Shown piece by piece: positions 56,075 to 64,000 of a DNA stretch of 64,000 bases. Numbering within the stretch: position 1 is the first letter of the stretch; each line of letters begins with the position of its first letter. Made by a program: the position numbers and the translations under genes. Source of the DNA: Prevotella sp. (GTDB taxonomy: Bacteria > Bacteroidota > Bacteroidia > Bacteroidales > Bacteroidaceae); assembly GCA_016291595.1 (NCBI GenBank), contig JAEEXN010000003.1:35308-99307 (forward strand). The letters are read 5' to 3'. The notes under the pieces are model-generated. The model worked only from the letters and a program-made list of their open reading frames with translations. It ran no database searches and had not been told where the DNA came from.

Positions 56075-57907
56075 ATGAAAATGATAAGAACACTCTACAA
56101 TCAAGTCGGAAAATACAAGACGGCCTCTCTGCTCACGCCCGTGTTTACAGCCTGCGAGGTTGTGATGGACGTGCTCATCCCTTATGTCACGGCCTCGCTG
56201 ATAGACAAGGGCTTGTCGGCAGGCAATATTCAGAATGTGTATCTCTACGGGGCCATCATGCTCGGTATGGCCTTTCTCAGCCTTGCTTTTGGCATTCTTG
56301 CCGGCCGTTTCGCATCGTATGCGTCGAGCGGTTTTGCGAGTAATCTGCGAAAGGCGATGTACCGTAACATCCAGCGTTTCTCGTTCTCGGATATTGACAA
56401 GTTCTCAGCTGCCGGTCTGGTCACGCGCATGACGACCGACGTGAGCAACCTGCAGAATGCATTCCAGCAGATCTTGCGAGTAACGGTACGCGCTCCGTTC
56501 CGGCTCGTCCTTTCCATCGTCATGTGTCTGGTCATCGACTCGCGGCTGAGCATTATCTTCATTGTGGCGATGGTGATTCTTACGTGCTCCATCAGTTACA
56601 TCATCTCGAATGTGTCACGACTCTTCACGAAGGTGTATGAGCAGTACGACCAGCTGAACCAGAGTGTTCAGGAGAATGTGTCGGCCATCCGCGTCGTGAA
56701 GGCTTTTGTGCGCGAGGATTATGAGAACGAGAAGTTTGCGCGTGCTGCCGACGGACTTTACAAATTGTTTGTCCGTGCGGAGACTTTGATGGCCTGGAAC
56801 CATCCTATTATGAATATGGTGATGTACGGCTGCATCATAGCCTTGTCGTGGTTCGGAGCCCATTTCATCGTTGGCGGAACCCTGACAACGGGCGAGCTGA
56901 CGTCTTTGTTCACTTATGTGATGTCGATTCTGATGTCGCTGATGATGCTCAGCATGATATTTGTGATGCTCACACAGAGTGCTGCCAGCGGCAAGCGTGT
57001 TGTTGAGATTATCGACGAGGAACCCGATATCCAAGACCCCGCAAATGCCCTGACTACGGTAGCCGACGGCAGCATCAGTTTCAATCATGTGCGTTTCGAC
57101 TACCAGGATTGTATCGGGAGCAGAATCAACGGTGGTGAGAGCTCTTCAGATGCCCAACAGCCGGAGCCTGTCAGGAAACACCGCCGTTCCGCGCTCTTCG
57201 ATATCTCGTTCGATGTGCGCTCAGGCGAGACCATTGGCGTGATTGGTGGTACGGGTAGCGGAAAGTCATCGTTAGTCAACCTCATCAGCCGTCTGTACGA
57301 TGTGTCGAAAGGCTCGGTGATGGTTGGCGGACACGACGTGCGCGAGTACAGTCTGTCCACCTTGCGCAATGCCGTCTCGGTGGTGTTGCAGAAGAATGTG
57401 CTCTTCAGCGGCACCATCCTCGACAACCTGCGCTGGGGAAAAGAAGACGCAACGCTCGACGAGTGCCGTGTTGCCTGCCACTGGGCCCAGGCCGACGAGT
57501 TTATCGACCAGATGCCCGATGGCTACGACACGTGGATAGAGCAGGGCGGAACGAATGTCTCGGGCGGACAGAAACAGCGCTTGTGCATAGCCCGTGCCTT
57601 GCTGAAGCGGCCCCAGATACTGGTGCTCGACGATTCTACGAGTGCCTGCGATACGGCTACTGACGCGAAGATCCGGAGAGCTTTCCGCGAAGAGCTGCCC
57701 GATATGACGAAGATCATTATTGCCCAACGCATCTCGAGCGTGAAGGACTGCGACCGCATTCTGGTGCTCGACAACGGACGAATGACGGGCTACGACACGC
57801 ATGAGAACCTGCTGAAGACCAACGAGCTGTATCAGGAGATCTACAAGATTCAGACGGAGGCCGGCGGCGACTTCGACAAGCCCGGCGAGAAAGGAGGTGC
57901 AGCATGA
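56075..57907 (+). CDS. ABC exporter, TMD-NBD half with degenerate site
   Basis: 6 TM segments; GGTGSGKS, VSGGQKQR, LVLDDSTSA, IIAQR (non-canonical Walker B and switch). Confidence 0.94.
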   Translation: MKMIRTLYNQVGKYKTASLLTPVFTACEVVMDVLIPYVTASLIDKGLSAGNIQNVYLYGAIMLGMAFLSLAFGILAGRFASYASSGFASNLRKAMYRNIQRFSFSDIDKFSAAGLVTRMTTDVSNLQNAFQQILRVTVRAPFRLVLSIVMCLVIDSRLSIIFIVAMVILTCSISYIISNVSRLFTKVYEQYDQLNQSVQENVSAIRVVKAFVREDYENEKFARAADGLYKLFVRAETLMAWNHPIMNMVMYGCIIALSWFGAHFIVGGTLTTGELTSLFTYVMSILMSLMMLSMIFVMLTQSAASGKRVVEIIDEEPDIQDPANALTTVADGSISFNHVRFDYQDCIGSRINGGESSSDAQQPEPVRKHRRSALFDISFDVRSGETIGVIGGTGSGKSSLVNLISRLYDVSKGSVMVGGHDVREYSLSTLRNAVSVVLQKNVLFSGTILDNLRWGKEDATLDECRVACHWAQADEFIDQMPDGYDTWIEQGGTNVSGGQKQRLCIARALLKRPQILVLDDSTSACDTATDAKIRRAFREELPDMTKIIIAQRISSVKDCDRILVLDNGRMTGYDTHENLLKTNELYQEIYKIQTEAGGDFDKPGEKGGAA

Positions 57908-59823
57908 GACAGCCTAATTTCAATCGTGGACCACGCGGACATGTTCAGGCGGGTTTCCAGAAAGTAGACAAGCAGAAGCGCCAGATACTGTGGCGGCTCA
58001 CCAAGTACGTGCTGCAGAACTATAAGTTCTCGTGCCTGGCGGTGATGGCTTGTATTGCGATCTCGAGTGTGACCACGCTCGTCTCGACGCTCTTCACGCG
58101 TACCTTAATCGACGATTATATCGTGCCGCTCACTCAGGTCGACAATCCCGAGTATGCGTCGCTGGCGCAGGCGTTGTTCAAGCTGGGCCTCGTGCTTTTC
58201 TTCGGCGTCGTCTGCTCGTTCACCTACAACCGTCTGATGATTAACGTCAGCCAGGGAACGCTTCTCCGCCTGCGCAAGAGCTTGTTCGAGCATATGGAGA
58301 AGCTGCCCATCAGCTATTTCGACTCGCGCACCCACGGCGACGTGATGTCTACCTATACCAACGATGTCGACACGCTTCGCCAGATGATCGGCTCAAGTCT
58401 GCCCCAGGTGTTCAACAGCATCATCTCGCTGGTGGTTACCTTCGCCTCGATGGTGGTGCTGAGCATTCCGCTGACGCTGGTCAGCATCATCATGGCCGTT
58501 GTGATGATGTTCACCACGACGAAACTGGGCAAGCGCTCGCGGGCGTTCTTCAAGACACAGCAGCTGAAGCTGGCCGAGGTGAACGGCTTCATCGAGGAGA
58601 TGATGACCGGTCAGAAGGTGGTGAAGGTGTTCTGCCACGAGGCGAAAGCCATCGAGCGGTTTGAGAAAATCAACGAGGACTTGCGGAGCAGCAACTACAA
58701 CGCCAACAAGATTGCCAACATCGTGATGCCTGTGAACGGCAACCTGGGCAATCTGGGCTATGTGCTCATAGCGGTTGTCGGAGCCACCGTGGCCTTGAAT
58801 GCGAGTCCTTCCTTGCTCACCTCGCACCTCTCGCTGGGTACCATCGTAGCCTTCCTGACGCTCAACAAGAGTTTCACCCAGCCCATCTCGCACCTCAGCC
58901 AGCAGATCAACAGCGTGCTGAACGCCTCTGTGGGTGCCGAGCGCGTGTTCAACCTGATGGACGCGGAGCCTGAGGTCGACGAGGGCACGTGGGTGATGGA
59001 GAATGGCTGCTGGGTGAAGGGCTCCGACGAGCCGGCTGCCAAGGGCGGCAAGCGTTCGGCATCTGCCGCCATCCAGTCAACACCCATTCAGGGCGACGTA
59101 GACTTCAAGGACGTCGACTTCAGCTACGTGCCTGAGAAACAGGTTTTGTTCGATATCGACATCAACACCAACCCGGGTCAGAAGATAGCCTTCGTGGGCG
59201 GCACGGGAGCCGGCAAGACCACGGTCATCAACCTCATCAACCGTTTCTACGATGTGCAGAAAGGCCGCATCCTGTTCGACGGTATTCCTGTCGACGACAT
59301 CAACAAGTCGAGCCTGCGCAAGTGTCTGGGAATGGTGCTTCAGGAGACCCATCTGTTCACCGGAACGGTGCTCGACAATATCCGCTACGGCCGGCTCGAC
59401 GCTACCGACGAGGAATGCATCGAGGCTGCGCGGCTGGTAGGCGCCGACGACTTTATCCGCCGTCTGGCCAATGGCTACGCGACCATGCTCAACGGCGACG
59501 GAGGCAACCTGAGCCAGGGCGAGCGCCAGCTGCTGGCCATCGCCAGGGCCGCCATTGCCAACCCGCCTGTGCTCATTCTCGACGAGGCCACCTCGAGCAT
59601 CGACACCCGTACGGAGACCCTGGTGCAACGCGGTATGGACTCGCTCATGAAAGGCCGTACCACCTTTGTCATTGCCCACCGGCTCTCCACCGTGCGCAAC
59701 TCCGACATCATCAATGTGATGGACCACGGCCGCATCATCGAGCAGGGCAGCCACGAGCAGCTGCTCGCGCAGAAAGGCAAGTACTACCAGCTATACACCG
59801 GCGACGACTCCATGCTGAAGTAG
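57904..59823 (+). CDS. ABC exporter, TMD-NBD half (heterodimer partner)
   Basis: ATGA overlap; GGTGAGKT, LSQGERQ, LILDEATS, IAHRLST. Confidence 0.94.
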   Translation: MRQPNFNRGPRGHVQAGFQKVDKQKRQILWRLTKYVLQNYKFSCLAVMACIAISSVTTLVSTLFTRTLIDDYIVPLTQVDNPEYASLAQALFKLGLVLFFGVVCSFTYNRLMINVSQGTLLRLRKSLFEHMEKLPISYFDSRTHGDVMSTYTNDVDTLRQMIGSSLPQVFNSIISLVVTFASMVVLSIPLTLVSIIMAVVMMFTTTKLGKRSRAFFKTQQLKLAEVNGFIEEMMTGQKVVKVFCHEAKAIERFEKINEDLRSSNYNANKIANIVMPVNGNLGNLGYVLIAVVGATVALNASPSLLTSHLSLGTIVAFLTLNKSFTQPISHLSQQINSVLNASVGAERVFNLMDAEPEVDEGTWVMENGCWVKGSDEPAAKGGKRSASAAIQSTPIQGDVDFKDVDFSYVPEKQVLFDIDINTNPGQKIAFVGGTGAGKTTVINLINRFYDVQKGRILFDGIPVDDINKSSLRKCLGMVLQETHLFTGTVLDNIRYGRLDATDEECIEAARLVGADDFIRRLANGYATMLNGDGGNLSQGERQLLAIARAAIANPPVLILDEATSSIDTRTETLVQRGMDSLMKGRTTFVIAHRLSTVRNSDIINVMDHGRIIEQGSHEQLLAQKGKYYQLYTGDDSMLK

Positions 59824-59841
59824 AGTGGGGCAGAAAGCCAC

Positions 59842-59885
59842 CGAGGGGGGATTTTCCCTAAACGTTTAGGGAAAATCCCCCCTCG
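59842..59885. repeat. Perfect 44-bp palindrome with no spacer
   Basis: CGAGGGGGGATTTTCCCTAAAC|GTTTAGGGAAAATCCCCCCTCG. Confidence 0.95.
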
Positions 59886-59974
59886 TTTTAGGCATAATCC
59901 CTTGCTTATGATGGCAAATGACATTAATTTTGCCAATGAAAACAAGAAGTTTAACAATATAAAAACCGAAGATT

Positions 59975-60343
59975 ATGAAAAAGTTAATGTTAACAATGGC
60001 AATGCTGATGACGATAGCCATCTCCGCCACCGCAATGACATACCGTGAGGCTCGCAATTATGCTCGTGTAATGACCGACAGAATGGCTGTTGAGCTCAGG
60101 CTTACCAACCGTCAGTATCGCGAGGTATACGACATCAACTACCTCTATGTCAACAACCCTGTAAGAAAAGACCGCGCCCTGAGCCGCGTGCTCACCCCGC
60201 GTCAGTTCGAAAGATATATGAGGATGCACCACGCTCCAGTGGCTGTGTACCATCCCGTGCCGGTGAAGCACCATCCGGTGGCAAAGCCCAAGCACGGCCA
60301 TAAGGCTCACGCTCACCGTCCGGGCGTCTACACAGGCTGGTAG
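59975..60343 (+). CDS. Small exported helical protein with His/Pro-rich tail
   Basis: Signal peptide MKKLMLTMAMLMTIAISATA; TDRMA.EL.LT..QY..VY.IN; TAATTTTG box upstream and a terminator downstream. Confidence 0.8.
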   Translation: MKKLMLTMAMLMTIAISATAMTYREARNYARVMTDRMAVELRLTNRQYREVYDINYLYVNNPVRKDRALSRVLTPRQFERYMRMHHAPVAVYHPVPVKHHPVAKPKHGHKAHAHRPGVYTGW

Positions 60344-60406
60344 TTCCGTAATTCCGATTATATACCTTCGCGCAAGTGAAGTCCATTGATTGTCAGAATT
60401 TACACA

Positions 60407-60437
60407 GGCGGGGCACGGGTTGCCCCGCTTTTCTTTT
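60407..60437 (+). terminator. Intrinsic terminator
   Basis: GGCGGGGCA-CGGGT-TGCCCCGCT followed by TTTCTTTT. Confidence 0.8.
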
Positions 60438-60654
60438 GTCTTTCCCCAACCGCCGGTCAGCCTCATTATAAGATAAGATGCACCTCGGCAAAAAAAGAAA
60501 ACTTTTTCTTTTGTTCAATGTCAACACAGACATGTCATTATTTGCTCATATGAGAGTAATATGGGCATAACATCATGTTAATGTCTGACATTCTTGCAAT
60601 ACTTTGCGGAAAAATCAGTAACTTTGCAACAATAAATTCATCTGATATTGCATA

Positions 60655-61518
60655 ATGAACGATAATTTCGTCATACAACTCTTTGAGGGTAAAAAAGTCC
60701 GCATCGTATGGGATGCAGAACAGGAGAAGTACTATTTCTCTGTAACGGATATAGTGCAGGTCTTGACAGATTCTGTGAATCCACGTGATTACATAAAGAA
60801 GATGCTTAGACGTGACCCAGAACTGAAATCCAAGTGGGGGACAATTTGTCCCCCTGTTGTAATGCTGGCTCCTGACGGCAAAAGGCGCAAAACCCAAGCT
60901 GCTGACCTTGAAGGCATTTTTCGTATTATTCAGTCAATTCCATCAAAAAAAGCAGAACCCGTAAAAAAGTGGTTGGCAGAAGTCGGTGCTCAGCGTATTG
61001 ACCAGATGATAGACCCTGAGTTGACCTTCCAGATGGCCGTCGAGGACTATCGCCGTCAGGGTTACAGCGACCGTTGGATAAACGAGCGCATGCGTTCCAT
61101 TGAGATGCGTAAGGAGTTGACAGACGAGTGGCACCGCTCTGGTGTTCATGAGCCGAAGGACTTTGCCATCCTCACCAATGTTCTAACCAAGGCTTGGAGT
61201 GGTATGACTACGGGCGAGTACAAACGACACAAGGGACTGACGAAAGAGAATCTGCGCGACAACATGACGAATGTCGAACTGGCACTTAATACTCTTGCAG
61301 AAGTTGCAACAACAGAAATAGCCCGTCAGCGCCAAACGCAAGGTATGAGGGAGAGTCGGCAGGCCGCACAAGCTGGAGGCCAGATTGCGAAGAATACCCG
61401 AGATGATCTCGAGCGTCAACTTGGTCGAACTGTAATATCATCCGAACGTGCCTCCGACTATCTCAAACCTATAGAAAGTAATGATGCTGAGGCACAACCA
61501 CTTCCTGAAGAAGAATAA
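60655..61518 (+). CDS. BRO-N domain DNA-binding protein (phage antirepressor-like)
   Basis: FEGKKVR.VWD...EKYYFSV.DIV, APDGK.R.T, FRIIQSIPS.KAEP.K.WLA, LRDNMT..EL; TAACTTTG box at 60619. Confidence 0.85.
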   Translation: MNDNFVIQLFEGKKVRIVWDAEQEKYYFSVTDIVQVLTDSVNPRDYIKKMLRRDPELKSKWGTICPPVVMLAPDGKRRKTQAADLEGIFRIIQSIPSKKAEPVKKWLAEVGAQRIDQMIDPELTFQMAVEDYRRQGYSDRWINERMRSIEMRKELTDEWHRSGVHEPKDFAILTNVLTKAWSGMTTGEYKRHKGLTKENLRDNMTNVELALNTLAEVATTEIARQRQTQGMRESRQAAQAGGQIAKNTRDDLERQLGRTVISSERASDYLKPIESNDAEAQPLPEEE

Positions 61519-61539
61519 CACTATCAAGTAAACAGAATC

Positions 61540-62430
61540 ATGAGGCAAAACACGTTCGTATATCATCTCACGGCGTTCCTGGTGGTAGCCATCTGGGGAA
61601 GCACGTTCGTGTGCACCAAGATTCTGCTGGTCAGCGGGCTTACGGCGGCTCAGATCTTCACGCTGCGCTTCATCATCGCCTACGTGCTGCTGCTGGCATT
61701 CTCGCTCGTGCGCAGGCCGTTCCGCTGCTGGGCAGACACGTGGCAGGACGAGCTGCTGCTGGCCGCGCTGGGACTGACGGGCGGCACCCTGTACTTCCTG
61801 ACCGAGAACTCGGCGATGAACTACACCACGACCACGAACACCTCGCTCATCGTGTGCTGCTGTCCCGTGTTCGCCTCGCTGCTCATAGGCCTGTTCTATC
61901 GCTCGTTGCGCCTGAGGCCGGTCCAGGTGGCGGGAACCCTGATGGCCGTGCTCGGTGTGGCGGCGGTCGTGCTCAACGGCCGTTTCGTGCTCCATCTGTC
62001 GCCCCTTGGCGACGCGCTGGCGTTGGGCGCCAACCTGTGCTGGGCAGTCTATTCGTTGCTGATGATTCCCGCCAACAAGCGCTACGATGCGGTGTTCATC
62101 ACCCGTAAGGTGTTCTTCTACGGCCTGCTGTTCATGATTCCCTATTTCGTGCTCTTCCCCGAGACACCGGCGCTCAGCGTGCTCCGTCGCGGCGACATCC
62201 TGCTCAACCTGTTCTTCCTCGGCAGCATCGCCTCGATGGCCTGCTTCCTGGCTTGGACGTGGGTGATGCACAAGCTCGGCGCCATCGTGGCCACGAACTA
62301 TGTCTATCTGAATCCGCTCGTAACGATTCTCTTCGCCTGGTGGATTCTCAGCGAGCAGATCACCGTCTGGTTCCTCGTGGGCACCGTCCTCATCCTCGTT
62401 GGAATGTATCTGGCCGACAAGCGGAAATAG
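61540..62430 (+). CDS. DMT/EamA family transporter
   Basis: About 10 TM segments; IWGSTF, LRF.IA, GDALAL, YLNPLV. Confidence 0.92.
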   Translation: MRQNTFVYHLTAFLVVAIWGSTFVCTKILLVSGLTAAQIFTLRFIIAYVLLLAFSLVRRPFRCWADTWQDELLLAALGLTGGTLYFLTENSAMNYTTTTNTSLIVCCCPVFASLLIGLFYRSLRLRPVQVAGTLMAVLGVAAVVLNGRFVLHLSPLGDALALGANLCWAVYSLLMIPANKRYDAVFITRKVFFYGLLFMIPYFVLFPETPALSVLRRGDILLNLFFLGSIASMACFLAWTWVMHKLGAIVATNYVYLNPLVTILFAWWILSEQITVWFLVGTVLILVGMYLADKRK

Positions 62431-62486
62431 CGTCCGTCCGGAGTTCCCTTTCTTTATTGGTAGTTGCAAACACATGGAAAAGTAAG

Positions 62487-63224
62487 ATGAATATGAAAGC
62501 GAAAACAGTTTTTACGTCCCTTCTGCTCCTGTCGATGCTCTCATGGGGTACGGCTGCCTCCGCCCAGTCGCAGGACGTGAAGCCCGCCAGTCAGGGCAGT
62601 TTCATCAGTAAGCTGAACGCCATGCTCAGTCAGATGACCGACGAGCAGAAGGCCTTTGCGCGGGCCAACTGGCTGGTGGCTCCAACCGAATACAAGAGCA
62701 CGAACAGCCATCCCTCCGCCTTCATGATTTCGCCAAACCCTGCCCCCGACACCCAGCAGACCTTCGAGTGCGCGGGCTGCTCCAGCGCCTATCTGCTCCG
62801 CTTCTACGGAGCCGATGCCGACGGCGTGAAGCTGTTCCATCAGCCCACCTTCCCCTGTAAGCACGACGAGGGCGCCTATCCCCGCTGCTTCAAGGCTCTT
62901 TTCGAGGAGCAATACGCGGGCTACACCACCGACTATTTCACCGGAACGACCGACGACCTGAAAGATGCCGTCAGTCAGGGCATTCCCGCCATCGTGCTGC
63001 TCTTCAGTCCCCGCGGCCTGCATTATGTGCCGGTAGTCGGCTACGACGAGACGCATTTCTACATCCAGGATTCGGTCGAGGATTACCGGAATGCTCCCGG
63101 CAACAAAGACTACAACAGGGTGGTGGACATCCCCACCTTCGACAAGCTGTGGAACATTCCCCTGGAGAGCTGCCAGCGCCTTTTCGTGATTGTCAAAAGA
63201 GCCCCCTCCGGCTCCCCCGAATAG
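62487..63224 (+). CDS. Secreted papain-fold (C39-like) cysteine peptidase
   Basis: Signal peptide from ATG 62487 or 62493; Q..FECAGCS, LHYVPVVGYD, YIQDS (Cys-His-Asp). Confidence 0.78.
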   Translation: MNMKAKTVFTSLLLLSMLSWGTAASAQSQDVKPASQGSFISKLNAMLSQMTDEQKAFARANWLVAPTEYKSTNSHPSAFMISPNPAPDTQQTFECAGCSSAYLLRFYGADADGVKLFHQPTFPCKHDEGAYPRCFKALFEEQYAGYTTDYFTGTTDDLKDAVSQGIPAIVLLFSPRGLHYVPVVGYDETHFYIQDSVEDYRNAPGNKDYNRVVDIPTFDKLWNIPLESCQRLFVIVKRAPSGSPE

Positions 63225-63228
63225 GAGC

Positions 63229-63248
63229 CCCCTCCTTCGAAGGAGGGG
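63229..63248. terminator. GC-rich TTCG hairpin (terminator or REP-like)
   Basis: CCCCTCCTTCGAAGGAGGGG palindrome just after the stop codon. Confidence 0.55.
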
Positions 63249-63274
63249 AGTTCAGAGCTGCTTGAGACCCACTT

Positions 63275-63420
63275 TATTATGCATTATGCATTATAAAATA
63301 TGCATTAATATTATGCATTATGCATTATAAATTATGCATTAATATCATGATGATAAGAAGGATAATAATAATAGTATTAATAATGATTAATAATTATTAT
63401 ATATTATATTAATATATGTT
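63275..63420. repeat. AT-rich low-complexity tract: TATGCAT heptamers in a ~34-bp duplicated unit, then a TAA/ATT run
   Basis: Six TATGCAT copies in 63275-63343. Confidence 0.85.
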
Positions 63421-63800
63421 AATTTCTATTTTGGTAATACCCCTGTCCGTTCTTCCGCACGGGCGGACACAATATTACGCGCGGATGCAACAATGTGACA
63501 ATGTGACAAAATTCAAAAACCAGCATTCATGGTGTGCGGAATGATGATGAGAGAATGCAGGGTAACTCTCTGAGTGTCTGGAGTTTCCCTCCACGCCGAC
63601 AGAGTGCGTGTTTACATATGTTAACATGAAATTACTCTAAAATTAACACTTTTTCATACCGTACAGAGGCCGAAATTTGGTGGTTTGAAGAATTTTTTGT
63701 ACCTTTGTAGTATGAGAGATGTGAGCTGAAGGGCCCTCAGAATGCACTCCCGAGAGACGAAGGACACTACTACTAACTACTAAATATGTTAAACCGACTA

Positions 63801-63869
63801 TTGAGCCAGCAGCTCTGCTGCGCCTTGAACCTTGAACTTTGAGCCAGCGGCTCTGCTGCGCCTTGAACC
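63801..63869. repeat. 31-bp direct repeat x2 joined by TTGAAC(C/T) heptamers
   Basis: TTGAGCCAGCRGCTCTGCTGCGCCTTGAACC at 63801 and 63839. Confidence 0.88.
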
Positions 63870-63947
63870 AAGAAAAAAGGAAGGATTGGCGGGAGATTCA
63901 AAAAAAATGTGTATATTTGTATTCGAAACAACTACATCGACAAATCT

Positions 63948-64000
63948 ATGAAACAATTTGTACTGACATTATGCGCTCTGCTGTCGGCCTTGCATCTGGC
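63948..64000 (+). CDS. 5' end of a secreted protein (runs off window end)
   Basis: TATATTTG box at 63912-63919, then MKQFVLTLCALLSALHL, which reads as a signal peptide. Confidence 0.6.
   Translation, partial: MKQFVLTLCALLSALHL

Noticed and set aside
60655-61518. Prophage around the BRO-N gene
   Set aside because: No integrase, structural, replication or lysis genes nearby and no clear att repeats

Overview
Bacteroidales chromosome segment, probably Prevotella-like. This is inferred from recurrent TAnnTTTG (-7) promoter boxes, A-rich start regions without SD motifs, SusC/SusD, ECF-FecR and T9SS-type C-terminal tails. About 50 CDS are supported; I found no tRNA, rRNA, CRISPR array, transposase or integrase. 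Housekeeping genes include cutC, xth, ribH, recF, DciA, 5-formyl-THF cyclo-ligase, S41 and M3 peptidases, dCMP deaminase and msrA. Glycan genes include GH140-like, GH29, GH105, PL11, GH92 and a truncated GH125. There is also a tryptophanase, a His-rich TonB receptor, a heterodimeric ABC exporter and an ECF/FecR/SusC/SusD locus whose cargo is thiol-disulfide proteins rather than CAZymes. Best candidates for new biology: (1) an unannotated 23-aa leader ORF with its own promoter upstream of tnaA that aligns position-for-position with E. coli TnaC but has Phe in place of Trp12; (2) an ECF-sigma-like protein fused to a macrodomain-like module, divergent from a vWA gene; (3) a Cys/His-rich RAPP-ending uORF in front of the His-rich TonB receptor; (4) the redox SusC/D locus with a duplicated signal-peptide module and compositional mosaicism; (5) orphan structured DNA, namely a perfect 24-bp inverted iteron pair, a perfect 44-bp palindrome, gene-end re-duplications and 7/21-nt periodic repeats. 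All family assignments are from motif recognition by eye; no database search was run.
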